A DNA stretch of 46,395 nt from a virus (IMGVR_UViG_3300024265_000092:1-46395), one strand, 5' to 3'. Counted from the first letter of the stretch, positions 8,100-17,313 are shown. Notes: generated by a model from the sequence alone, not told the origin. Made by a program: numbers and translations.

Positions 8100-8177
8100 T
8101 GGTCTGCGTGGGAGGATTTGAACCTCCGACCCCAAGCTTCCAAAGCTCGTATTCTAACCAGACTGAACTACACGCAG
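8100..8177 (-). tRNA. tRNA-Pro (anticodon UGG), CCA encoded
   Basis: Cloverleaf CTGCGTG-TA-GTTC..GAAT-A-CGAGC-TTTGGAA-GCTTG-GGGTC-GGAGG-TTCAAAT-CCTCC-CACGCAG-A-CCA; C1:G72 and A73 are proline identity elements. Confidence 0.95.
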
Positions 8178-8211
8178 AGAGTGGGTCAAGTTTAGAACAA
8201 AGGTGACAACA

Positions 8212-9324
8212 ATGAAACAGACAAAAATTTATGCAGAAGTGCTGGAAGACTCAGCGCTGGAACAGTTCAACAGCGCGATGGAACAGGACTTCGCCGTCAA
8301 GGGTGCTCTGATGCCCGACGCTCACACCGGTTACTCACTGCCGATCGGTGCTGTGGTGGCGACTGATGGTGTGATCGTGCCTTCATGGGTTGGCTATGAC
8401 ATCGGCTGCGGCATGTGCGCCATGAAGACCACCTTCGATGCCGACTTGGTGCAGGAGAAGAGTGAGGCTATCTTCGACCAGATCTACCATCGCATACCTA
8501 CGGGGCCAAACGTTAACTATCAGCACAACGTCCGCGCTACCGAATTGAACCCTGACCGATTGGCCCCACGTGGTCGCAAAGCGTTTGACAGTCGAAAAGG
8601 GTTTCTGGCTATCGGCACGCTCGGTGGTGGTAACCACTTTATCGAGATCGGTCGTGATGAGAGAAACGCGGTGTGGATCATCATTCACTCAGGCTCACGT
8701 GGAGTCGGGCATGGCATCGCATCTGAGTACATGAAGCTGGCGTGCGGTGACCCCAAACCCCTAGAAGGTCACTTCGGGTTCGATGTTAATAGCAACGAAG
8801 GGCTCATGTACATCAATGACATGAACTGGGCACTGGACTTCGCATTGGACAATCGTCGGGAGATGATGCGCAGGATGATGGCGGTGCTCCATGACTGCAC
8901 GGGTCAGTACTTCGCGCAGGGCGATGTGGGGTCTTTCATCAACCGAAACCACAACCACGCTGATCAGCGTGACGGGCTGTGGGTCCACCGTAAGGGTGCC
9001 ACACATGCTGAAGCAGGGATGATGGGTGTGATCCCCGGCAACATGCGCGATGGATCATTCATCGTGCGTGGCAAGGGTAACCCGGATGCTTTATGGTCAA
9101 GCTCCCACGGTGCCGGTCGGGTGATGGGTCGCAGGCAGGCGAAGCGTGAACTGAACACCGGCGACTTCGTGGAGGTCATGAGGGGTGTGACTGCGCTGGT
9201 GGGTGACAGTACGCTGGATGAATCACCGATGGCTTATAAGGACATCTTCGAAGTCATGCGGCTGCAGTCTGATCTGGTTGATGTGGTAGCTCACGTGAAG
9301 CCGATAATGAACATCAAAGGCTGA
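8212..9324 (+). CDS. rtcB: RtcB-family RNA ligase
   Basis: MPDAH, GYDIGCG, GTLGGGNHF, HSGSRG, HNH, HRKGA, SHGAGR and DESP.AYK are all intact; AAGGTGA RBS before ATG 8212. Confidence 0.95.
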   Translation: MKQTKIYAEVLEDSALEQFNSAMEQDFAVKGALMPDAHTGYSLPIGAVVATDGVIVPSWVGYDIGCGMCAMKTTFDADLVQEKSEAIFDQIYHRIPTGPNVNYQHNVRATELNPDRLAPRGRKAFDSRKGFLAIGTLGGGNHFIEIGRDERNAVWIIIHSGSRGVGHGIASEYMKLACGDPKPLEGHFGFDVNSNEGLMYINDMNWALDFALDNRREMMRRMMAVLHDCTGQYFAQGDVGSFINRNHNHADQRDGLWVHRKGATHAEAGMMGVIPGNMRDGSFIVRGKGNPDALWSSSHGAGRVMGRRQAKRELNTGDFVEVMRGVTALVGDSTLDESPMAYKDIFEVMRLQSDLVDVVAHVKPIMNIKG

Positions 9325-9349
9325 CATTCTGCCGCACTGCAACATAATG

Positions 9350-9372
9350 AGCCGCTTGATTGCGGCTTTTTT
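9350..9372 (+). terminator. Rho-independent terminator after rtcB
   Basis: AGCCGC-ttgatt-GCGGCT followed by a T run. Confidence 0.75.
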
Positions 9373-9403
9373 GTACCTGAGTGGAAATGTTGCTGAAATT
9401 GTT

Positions 9404-9629
9404 CGGCACAGACGCTAAGTGTGCCGCTAAGTGTGCCGGTCGTGACGCGCAGTTTCTGTGGCGCGGTGATCCCCTGTTTATGTTGCTGGGTTTGCGGTTA
9501 CGCAGTTTCCACGACAAAAACCGGCACAGACGGCACAGATAGGAATTAAAGTGTGCCGGTAAGTGTGCCGGTCGTAAGTTGTTGTTTATTCTATATAGTT
9601 TTTTCTAATATAGTCATTCCGGCACACTT
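9404..9629. repeat. Iteron-like cluster (8 TGTGCCG/CGGCACA copies in both orientations) with an AT-rich tract; putative origin or packaging site
   Basis: Copies near 9404, 9420, 9432, 9522, 9531, 9552, 9564 and 9620; AT-rich 9576-9618. Confidence 0.7.
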
Positions 9630-9862
9630 AACAGATAAAAGTGAGATATTGATAGGGGTTGAGTGTGTATATACTCCACTTCAGGGTTCGGAGTTCAGGA
9701 GCTATCTGTACCGCTGGACTACAACTGTCGCAGATAATGCGTTTGCAGTTTCCACGTCATTCTGCTGCACCTGCACAATTAACCGGTGAAAACCCCACGA
9801 TTACCCGCCATCGCAGCATCGGTGATACACTTCAGCTGTTCAATAATTCAACGGTGATAGTG

Positions 9863-10327
9863 ATGGCACGATACAAGCGAGGACTGGTGAAGACTGGGCC
9901 ACTCGCCGGGTTGGAACATAAGAAGGCGAACTTCGTCATTGAGTACGCGAAGGACTTCAGTCCACGGCGTGCCGCTGAGGCGTCTGGCTTCGCTGCTGAC
10001 CACGGTTACCGGTTGAGGGAAGAGCCAGAGATAGCTGCGGCGATCGACCTGCTCATAGCCACTAGGCTTGAGTCCAGCGACATTGATGCTGAGTGGGTGC
10101 TGATGGAAGCGGTGGACAATGCACTGATCGCCAAGCAGCTCGGCAACATCTCAGCAAGCAATACTGCGCTGCAGATCGTGGGTAAGCATGTGATGGTCGA
10201 CGCATTCGCCGCTGACAAGGTACAGAACGTCACTCATCAACAGGTCATGGATCGGCTTAGGCGTGCGCGTGATCGGTTGCAGGGTGATCCTGAAGAACTC
10301 GATGATGATCCTGTGAGCTTCATGTGA
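9863..10327 (+). CDS. terS: Terminase small subunit
   Basis: FVIEY.KD.....AA..SGF.....Y.L...P.I..AI HTH pattern; upstream of TerL; GGTGA RBS. Confidence 0.85.
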   Translation: MARYKRGLVKTGPLAGLEHKKANFVIEYAKDFSPRRAAEASGFAADHGYRLREEPEIAAAIDLLIATRLESSDIDAEWVLMEAVDNALIAKQLGNISASNTALQIVGKHVMVDAFAADKVQNVTHQQVMDRLRRARDRLQGDPEELDDDPVSFM

Positions 10328-10339
10328 TACGCTGCAGTC

Positions 10340-10405
10340 TGCCTGATCGGTCAACCCCTTCAGCATCGGTCCCGTCACCATCGATCTGATGTGACCGATC
10401 AGGCA
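10340..10405. other. Long hairpin between terS and terL
   Basis: Perfect 14-bp inverted repeat TGCCTGATCGGTCA/TGACCGATCAGGCA with an inner CAGCATCGGT/ATCGATCTG stem. Confidence 0.7.
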
Positions 10406-10437
10406 TTCGTTTACCTGGTGACACTCGGTGACACGAT

Positions 10438-10524
10438 ATGAAACCTGAATACTTTCATCCCATGTTTTACGGCAACTACTGCCTGATGCAGTGCTACTGT
10501 GCGTATTGGGGCATCACTTTGTGA
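10438..10524 (+). CDS. 28-aa aromatic/Cys peptide MKPEYFHPMFYGNYCLMQCYCAYWGITL
   Basis: GGTGAC RBS; its TGA overlaps the GTG of terL. Confidence 0.4.
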   Translation: MKPEYFHPMFYGNYCLMQCYCAYWGITL

Positions 10525-12080
10525 CATCCCTGCAACAAGCCACCGCTGACGCCAGCAACGACTTTTATGAGTCAGATGATGTCGATCTGATGCTGGCTGA
10601 TGACATCTCACGGTTCTATGCCGACCCGCTCGGCTTCGTTCGTTATGCGTTCGAGTGGGGTGAAGGTGACTTGAAAGGGTTCGACGGCCCTGATGACTGG
10701 CAGATCGACATACTCACCACCATTGGCGATGCTGTAGCTGATCGCAAATTCAACGGTGTCACACCTGTCGACCCGATTCGTGTTGCTGTGTCATCAGGTC
10801 ACGGTATCGGTAAGTCGGCTTTGTCTGCCTGGTTGATCCTGTGGGTGATGAGCACTCGACCGAACAGCAAGGGCGTGGTGACAGCTAACACCGGTGACCA
10901 GCTCAAGACCAAGACGATGTCGGAGCTGGCGAAGTGGCACACACGCTGCATCACGTCGCACTGGTTTGAAGTCAGCGCAATGTCGATCAGTCACCGTGCT
11001 TACCCTGAAACGTGGCGTGTGGATGGTCTGACGTCGCGTGAAGAGTCATCAGAGTCGTTCGCTGGTCTGCACTGTGCTGACTCAACACCCTGGTACCTGT
11101 TCGATGAAGCGTCAGCCATACCTGAGAAGATATGGGAGGTGGCGTCGGGTGGTCTGACGGACGGTGAGCCGATGCACTTTGCGTTCGGTAACCCGACCAG
11201 GAACAACGGTAGCTTCTTTGAATGCTTCAGGCGGCAGGGTCACCGCTGGATCACGCGACAGGTTGACAGTCGCACTGCGAAGATGACCAACAAGACCTAC
11301 ATCCAAGAGATCATCGACGACTACGGTGAAGACAGTGACCGAGTCAGAGTGCGGATTCGTGGCATGTTCCCGAAAGGTGGCGACATGCAGTTCATGCCGT
11401 CTGATGTTGTGTTCGATGCGCAGAAGCGTGGATCAGGTCAATACTTGGGTGATGATCCACTGATCTGTGGTATCGATATTGCCCGTGGTGGCGATGATGA
11501 CTGCATGATCAGCTTCAGGCGTGGCAAGGATGCAAAGTCTGAGAAGGTTTACAAGATATCGGGTGAGAAGTCGCGTGACAGCATGAAGGTCGTGTCGCTG
11601 CTCACCATGCTCCTTGATCGACACAAGCCTGATGTCAGCTTCCTTGATGTCACTGGCATCGGTGGACCTATCGGTGATCGACTGCGACAGCTTGGCTATC
11701 ACGTCATTGACATCGGCTTCGGTCACAAGGCTGACGATGAAGAGCTGTATGCGAACAAGACTGCTGAGATGGGTGCGCGTTGCCGTGAGTGGTTGATGGC
11801 TGGTGGTGCGATACCTAATGATCCCCAGCTTGAGATTGAACTGACATCACGTGAGTTCGGTCACAATGACAGAGATCAACTAGTGCTTGAGCGCAAGAAG
11901 TACATCAAAAAGCGACTTGGCGTGTCACCGGACTGGGCTGACTCGCTATACCTGACGTTTGCTCAAGCGGTACCGAAACGGTCAGTGCCGCGTGGTCAAC
12001 TCGATGCAGGAATCGGTGCACGACAGCACAGCAACGCTGACTATAATCCTCTTGAGAGCCTGGATAGTGATTACCTCTGA
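10521..12080 (+). CDS. terL: Terminase large subunit
   Basis: Walker A SSGHGIGKS, Walker B YLFDEAS, GNP, nuclease GIDIARGGDD and SPDWAD. The start is uncertain (GTG 10521). Confidence 0.95.
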   Translation: MTSLQQATADASNDFYESDDVDLMLADDISRFYADPLGFVRYAFEWGEGDLKGFDGPDDWQIDILTTIGDAVADRKFNGVTPVDPIRVAVSSGHGIGKSALSAWLILWVMSTRPNSKGVVTANTGDQLKTKTMSELAKWHTRCITSHWFEVSAMSISHRAYPETWRVDGLTSREESSESFAGLHCADSTPWYLFDEASAIPEKIWEVASGGLTDGEPMHFAFGNPTRNNGSFFECFRRQGHRWITRQVDSRTAKMTNKTYIQEIIDDYGEDSDRVRVRIRGMFPKGGDMQFMPSDVVFDAQKRGSGQYLGDDPLICGIDIARGGDDDCMISFRRGKDAKSEKVYKISGEKSRDSMKVVSLLTMLLDRHKPDVSFLDVTGIGGPIGDRLRQLGYHVIDIGFGHKADDEELYANKTAEMGARCREWLMAGGAIPNDPQLEIELTSREFGHNDRDQLVLERKKYIKKRLGVSPDWADSLYLTFAQAVPKRSVPRGQLDAGIGARQHSNADYNPLESLDSDYL

Positions 12081-12126
12081 CTGTGTGCTATCATCGTTTT
12101 AATTTTGACCAATCAGGAGAATGACC

Positions 12127-12339
12127 ATGTGCACTGGCGCACCTTCTGCACCACCACCTCCAGCACAAGCACCTGCTGCACCACGACTGCCCGAACCGAG
12201 TGCAGCAGCAGGTGGTGACTCTGAAGCGCGTCGTCGTCGTGCCGCTGCTGGCACCAGTTCCACCAGTACGATCCTGACTGGGTCACGTGGTGTGCAGGAC
12301 GGTGCTGCGACTGCGACCAAGACACTGCTGGGTCAGTAA
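12127..12339 (+). CDS. Small pre-portal virion protein (T7 gp7.3-like position)
   Basis: MC start, Pro-rich, RRRR...TILTG....KTLLG pattern; AGGAG RBS. Confidence 0.7.
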   Translation: MCTGAPSAPPPPAQAPAAPRLPEPSAAAGGDSEARRRRAAAGTSSTSTILTGSRGVQDGAATATKTLLGQ

Positions 12340-12342
12340 CCC

Positions 12343-13431
12343 ATGCCGACAGCACGCGCCAATCTCGACACCACCCAGTATGTGAGGGTCACCAGTGACC
12401 CGGCAGTGCCTGCATCAGTGATGCTGCAGTCGCATCGTGACACAGTGCGGATCGTGTTCAGCGACGTGAAGCCAGCAAGATCAAACACCGTGTTTCATGA
12501 GCTTGGTGGTGATCACCTGGTGATGAATGTTCCCATGACTGAGTTTGGTGTTTGGGCGCTGGCGATGACGGACCGCTCGGCATTGACTGTCACTGAGCAG
12601 CGTGTACCAGTTGAGATCGATCAGCGCGACGGCATGACGCTGGGTGTCACGCTGAATGACGCGACAACTGAGATGCTGGATCTGGATTTCTTAGAGGAGA
12701 TCCACACCGGGCTAACTCTTGATGTTGATTCCGTTGCTAACTCTCGCGACATCACGCTGACGGCAGGGCATGGGTTGTCACCTGGTTCTGTCCCTGGCAC
12801 CAGTGTTTACCCCGATGGCGATGTGGGTACCATTTTAGAGATCGGTGTAACGTCTAGCGGTCGATTCATACAAGCCAAAATTCTAGCTGTGGTTGGCGAC
12901 GTCATAACTCTCAATCAACTCGTTGGTGACGTGTTCCTTGCGGGGTCGAGTGTTCTGACAGGTAACAGAAACCTGGCTCTGGCTGATGGGTCGACTACCC
13001 CGGTCGTTTTCAAGGTTGAACCATCACCTGCGCAAGCAGGCGATATAACGAGAATAGTGATGGTGATCGTCGGACCTTCAGATATGGACTTCTCAGGGTT
13101 CGGGACTGACGCGCCGTTGGATGTCGGCTTGCTGTTCAGGGTTCGTCGTCCTGACGGGTCGTATAAGAACCTGCGAACGGTCGATCAGAATTTAGAAGGA
13201 TCGCTGTGGGGATTTGATACTGATTCGTTCATACCGAAGCAGGGCAACAGTGAGCATGCCTTCGCGTTTCGTGTTACGTTTTCGGGACAGGACAAGCACG
13301 GTGTGGCAGCAAGGCTCGACGGTGCTTTGGGTGTAGGCGAACAAATGGAGTGCGTAGTGCTGGACAATATGCTGATCCGAACTAACACGGTTGTGAGAGT
13401 CATCGCTGAAGGCTCGGAATTACAGGAATAA
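12343..13431 (+). CDS. Beta-rich putative virion accessory protein inserted before the portal
   Basis: 362-aa ORF, Val/Gly/Thr-rich, with no recognisable catalytic motif. Confidence 0.6.
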   Translation: MPTARANLDTTQYVRVTSDPAVPASVMLQSHRDTVRIVFSDVKPARSNTVFHELGGDHLVMNVPMTEFGVWALAMTDRSALTVTEQRVPVEIDQRDGMTLGVTLNDATTEMLDLDFLEEIHTGLTLDVDSVANSRDITLTAGHGLSPGSVPGTSVYPDGDVGTILEIGVTSSGRFIQAKILAVVGDVITLNQLVGDVFLAGSSVLTGNRNLALADGSTTPVVFKVEPSPAQAGDITRIVMVIVGPSDMDFSGFGTDAPLDVGLLFRVRRPDGSYKNLRTVDQNLEGSLWGFDTDSFIPKQGNSEHAFAFRVTFSGQDKHGVAARLDGALGVGEQMECVVLDNMLIRTNTVVRVIAEGSELQE

Positions 13432-13435
13432 CACA

Positions 13436-15109
13436 ATGCCGACGATCATAAGCTACAACAAACGACTTGAAGCGCTGCGATCAGAACGGTCGACATTCAT
13501 TCCATTGTACCGGGAACTGTCTGACTATCACCTTGCTCACCGTGGTCGGTTCCTGACCAGTGACCGCAACAAGGGTCACAAGCGCAACACGAAGCAGATC
13601 AACAACACCAGTCGGATGTCAGCACGCACGTTGGCGTCAGGCATGATGTCAGGTATCACATCACCTGCTCGACCTTGGTTTCGGCTCGGCACTGGTGACA
13701 CCGCTCTTGATGATCTGGCGTCAGTGAAGACTTGGCTGCATGAAGTGCAGTCGATCATGTATAATGTTTACTCTGCGTCGAATACTTACAACTCACTGCA
13801 CACCTTATATTCGGAACTGGGGGTGTTTGGCACCGGTGCTATGGGTGTGTTCCATGACTTCGACAATGTAATCTGGTGCAAGCCTTACACTGTCGGCAGC
13901 TATATGATCGGCCTTGATGGTAAGAACGTCAGTGACACCTTCTATCGTGAATATGAGTTGAGCGTTGGTCAGGTCGTCAAGCAGTTCGGTATCGAGAACG
14001 TCAGCCACTCTGTCAAGCAGATGTGGGAGCACGGCAACAGTGAGACATGGGTAAAGGTTGTCCACGCCATTGAGCCGAACGATGACCGTGACAATGCGAG
14101 TCCATTGGCTAGTGATAAGAAGACTCGATCTGTTTACTATGAGGTCGACAATTCGCAGAAGGAAAACAGCACTCAGTTCCTGCGTGAGTCAGGGTTCGAT
14201 GAGTTCCCGATTCTGACGCCACGCTGGGATATCACCGGTGAAGACATCTATGCGACCGATTGTCCTGGTATCACTGCACTGGGTGACACGAAGGCTCTGC
14301 AGCTCGCTGAGAAACGCAAGTACCAGGCGATCGATAAGCTGGTCAACCCGCCACTGCAGGGTCCATCAGGACTGCAGAACAAGATGAAGGGTGGCGTGCC
14401 TGGTCCGAATGAGATCATCTGGCACGACAAGACTGGTGGTGGTCTATCCAGCATCTACGCGAACTATCGACCTGAGATCGGTGTCATCAAGGAAGAAATA
14501 CTGAACGTCGAAGATCGTGTTCAGCGTGCGTTTTATGAAGACTTGTTCCTGATGCTGGCTAACACCGATCGTCGGCAGATCACTGCGCGTGAGGTTGCTG
14601 AGAAGCATGAAGAGAAGCTGTTGATGCTGGGTCCAGTGCTTGAGCGTCTGCACACTGAACTGCTTGATCCGCTCATTGACCGGACGTTCAACATCCTACA
14701 ACGCAACGGTGTGCTACCACCCCCACCACCTGAACTAGCTGATCGTGAGCTTGAAGTTGAGTATGTGTCAGTGCTGGCGCAGGCTCAACGTTTGGTGAAC
14801 ACTGGTGCGATCGATCGGTTGGCTCAGTACACCGGGAACCTTGCAGCCATCTGGCCGGATGCACGCCACAAGTTCAACGCGGTGCAGTCTGTCGATGACT
14901 ATGCTGAGGCGCTGGGTGTTGACCCTGCGATCGTCAACAGTGATGAAGTCGTTGCTGCGATGGCTCAGGCTGAGCGCGATGCAGCAGCAGCTGCACAGGC
15001 ACAACAGCAAGCAGAGCAGCTGACTAATATGGCGAAGACCGCATCTGACACTGAGGTGTCTGAAGACAACGCGCTGGGTCGTGTGATGCAGCGTGCAGGG
15101 TTGGCGTGA
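13436..15109 (+). CDS. Portal (head-tail connector)
   Basis: LASGMMSGITSPARPWF, FG(T)G, TA.EV....EK...LGPVLERL..E.L.PLI.R motifs of T7/BPP-1-type portals. Confidence 0.93.
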   Translation: MPTIISYNKRLEALRSERSTFIPLYRELSDYHLAHRGRFLTSDRNKGHKRNTKQINNTSRMSARTLASGMMSGITSPARPWFRLGTGDTALDDLASVKTWLHEVQSIMYNVYSASNTYNSLHTLYSELGVFGTGAMGVFHDFDNVIWCKPYTVGSYMIGLDGKNVSDTFYREYELSVGQVVKQFGIENVSHSVKQMWEHGNSETWVKVVHAIEPNDDRDNASPLASDKKTRSVYYEVDNSQKENSTQFLRESGFDEFPILTPRWDITGEDIYATDCPGITALGDTKALQLAEKRKYQAIDKLVNPPLQGPSGLQNKMKGGVPGPNEIIWHDKTGGGLSSIYANYRPEIGVIKEEILNVEDRVQRAFYEDLFLMLANTDRRQITAREVAEKHEEKLLMLGPVLERLHTELLDPLIDRTFNILQRNGVLPPPPPELADRELEVEYVSVLAQAQRLVNTGAIDRLAQYTGNLAAIWPDARHKFNAVQSVDDYAEALGVDPAIVNSDEVVAAMAQAERDAAAAAQAQQQAEQLTNMAKTASDTEVSEDNALGRVMQRAGLA

Positions 15110-15133
15110 TAATTAATATCTGAGGGTAATAAG

Positions 15134-15361
15134 ATGGCTGATTTCAACATGGGTTCAACAAAGGATCTTGCTAAGTCGGACACACCGAACGCGGTGTTCA
15201 ACTGGGTGATGGTCACGACAACTTCAGGCTCGGTGATCATAGACCAGGAAGGTGGCAATCAGATCACACTGGCTGCGGTCCCTGTTGGTGTGTGGGTGCC
15301 GACCGGCAAAGCCACGAACATCACGATTGCATCAACTGCTGTTGGTTTAATGGTGGTCTGA
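15134..15361 (+). CDS. Putative head-spike base protein (RcGTA Rcc01079-like)
   Basis: SD.....V....G.V......G..ITL..VP.G..VP....I....TA.G pattern; adjacent to a fiber gene. Confidence 0.5.
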   Translation: MADFNMGSTKDLAKSDTPNAVFNWVMVTTTSGSVIIDQEGGNQITLAAVPVGVWVPTGKATNITIASTAVGLMVV

Positions 15362-15371
15362 GGGTTCTGGC

Positions 15372-16337
15372 ATGTACAAAATATTGCAGACAATGATGAT
15401 GATTGCTCATGGTGTGATAGCAGGTGCCTGGTCATTCTTGGTTGGTGTATTAGACTTCACTTTCACGCGTGCGGGCGATCAGTATGGCATCGATAGCGGC
15501 GGTGATCTGGTCAAATCCACTGCCAACAACGCTGCGTTTATTGACGGAGAGGGTATTCTGTTAGAGGGGGCAAGAACTAATCTATTTCTGAACTCATTCG
15601 TCCCGGCCACCCAGACAGTAACAGTGGCAGCAGTACCACATACCATCACAGTTAAGGGCACAGGCGACATCACGGTGTCAGGAGTAGGCGCAGGAGTAGC
15701 CACAGAGGGATCACCCTTAACCCTAACACCAACGGCGGGTGGGTTGATCTGCACACTAAACGGGTCGCTGGATAACGTAAACCTGGAAGCGGCCGCGTTC
15801 GGTTCCTCGTTCATTGAGACAGCAGGTGCATCAGCTTCACGCTCATTAACGTCAATGACACGCGTTTGGCCTTTTCCTGCTAATGACTTCAGCGGTCAGA
15901 TAAAGGTGAGGCCGCAGTTTGAGCATGATGATACAAAAGGTGTTGCGAGGCTCCTATACCTCAGTGACGGGACAGCAGATAATAGGATTTCGATATCGTA
16001 TACAACAGCCGATGACCGTATTGATATGTTCAAGACTTTAAGCGCTGGCTCATCTGCTGGACCTACAACCGTTTTAAACAATCTCCTGTACTCTAAGGGT
16101 GATTTACTAAACATAAGATTCAGGCAGGATGCAGTCGGGCTTCATATGTGGGTGAACAGCGAGACTAAAATTTCCACCACGGTCGGTAACTCGCCGGACA
16201 GTTTCACTGTTCTTATGGATCAGATAGACATAGGTTTTGAAACCCCGATAGCAGGACGTAATGCTTTCCAAACAGTCGAATCATTCAGGGTCTGGAACGA
16301 AGCTAAATCTGACTCGTTCATGGAGAACCTGACATGA
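15372..16337 (+). CDS. Head-spike/fiber protein with a C-terminal LamG/ConA-like domain
   Basis: FTFTRAG, GILLEGARTNL and LE...F.SSFI.T......R motifs; ends in a beta-sandwich with F.VWN.A.SD. Confidence 0.65.
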   Translation: MYKILQTMMMIAHGVIAGAWSFLVGVLDFTFTRAGDQYGIDSGGDLVKSTANNAAFIDGEGILLEGARTNLFLNSFVPATQTVTVAAVPHTITVKGTGDITVSGVGAGVATEGSPLTLTPTAGGLICTLNGSLDNVNLEAAAFGSSFIETAGASASRSLTSMTRVWPFPANDFSGQIKVRPQFEHDDTKGVARLLYLSDGTADNRISISYTTADDRIDMFKTLSAGSSAGPTTVLNNLLYSKGDLLNIRFRQDAVGLHMWVNSETKISTTVGNSPDSFTVLMDQIDIGFETPIAGRNAFQTVESFRVWNEAKSDSFMENLT

Positions 16338-16588
16338 GTGACAGTAATAACGAACGTGAATTGCAGCTGCTGACGATCCGCAAGCTGATGCAGACTGAGA
16401 ACGGTCGCGCCTTCATGTGGCGTCAACTGCAACAAACGGGTATATTCAGCAATGACTTTGATAGAGATCCAGTGACACTGGCGTTCCTTTCAGGTCAGCG
16501 CGAACATGGGGTGTGGCTCACCAGTGAACTGAAGGAAGCTGCACCTGATGAATATTTGAAGATGCTGAAGGAGCATTTTGATGGCTGA
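16334..16588 (+). CDS. Bbp19-like protein
   Basis: LM.T..GR.F.W..L...G.F...F..D....AF..G.R..G motif, between portal and scaffold. Confidence 0.75.
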   Translation: MSDSNNERELQLLTIRKLMQTENGRAFMWRQLQQTGIFSNDFDRDPVTLAFLSGQREHGVWLTSELKEAAPDEYLKMLKEHFDG

Positions 16589-17288
16589 TGGTGACGAAGT
16601 ACAAACAACCGGTGTTGAGACTGACACGGGTGCAGACAACGGAGCAGTCGATACCTCAACGGTGTTGACTGCTGATACAGCTGCAGATGGTGCAGCTGAT
16701 GGTTCTGATGCAGGCGCTGCTGACGCGGCGGCTGCAGATGATGCTGCTGGCGCAAGCGACGAATCGGGTAACACTGACGACGCTAGTGCTGACGGGGATG
16801 CTGAAGGTAGTCAGACACCTCCTGACGAATATGCCGACTTCAAGATGCCTGGAGGTGTCCAGCTCGATGAAACGCTGATGACTGACGCTCTGCCTCTTTT
16901 CAAAGAGATGGGGTTGACGCAAGACGCTGCTCAGAAGCTGGTCGATTTTCAAGCATCAAGGGTCCAGGCGGAAGCGCAGAAACAGGTCGATGCTTTCAAT
17001 CAGCTCAAAACTGAATGGCGTGAACAGTCTGCCAGCGACAAAGAGTTCGGGGGTGACGCTTTCAATGAGAACGTCAAACTCGCACAATCTGCCGTGAACA
17101 AGTTCGGAACGCCAGAGTTGAAGCAATTGATGGAGGACTACGGCGTGGGCAACCACCCTGAAATGCTCCGCTTTATGGTCAAAGTCGGCAAGCTGACTGC
17201 TGAAGATGTACCGGGTTCTGACGGCATCGGTGGTGCAGCTAACAAGGACCGTGTGTCGACGTTGTATCCTAACGATCGAAATAAATAA
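16581..17288 (+). CDS. Capsid scaffolding protein
   Basis: Acidic N-terminus; P..Y.DF..P.G; GL.Q..AQKLVD; D.EFGG; G.GNHPE...F..KVG; immediately before the MCP. Confidence 0.85.
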   Translation: MADGDEVQTTGVETDTGADNGAVDTSTVLTADTAADGAADGSDAGAADAAAADDAAGASDESGNTDDASADGDAEGSQTPPDEYADFKMPGGVQLDETLMTDALPLFKEMGLTQDAAQKLVDFQASRVQAEAQKQVDAFNQLKTEWREQSASDKEFGGDAFNENVKLAQSAVNKFGTPELKQLMEDYGVGNHPEMLRFMVKVGKLTAEDVPGSDGIGGAANKDRVSTLYPNDRNK

Positions 17289-17313
17289 TCTGCCAATCAC
17301 GTGAGGTGAAATT

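Noticed and set aside
8100-8177. tRNA as an attP/prophage junction
   Set aside because: No integrase, no duplicated tRNA 3' end and no host genes are present.
9553-9862. ORF 9553..9789 and the long terS N-terminus from 9659
   Set aside because: They overlap the iteron/AT-rich region, have no RBS, and TerS similarity starts near 9863.
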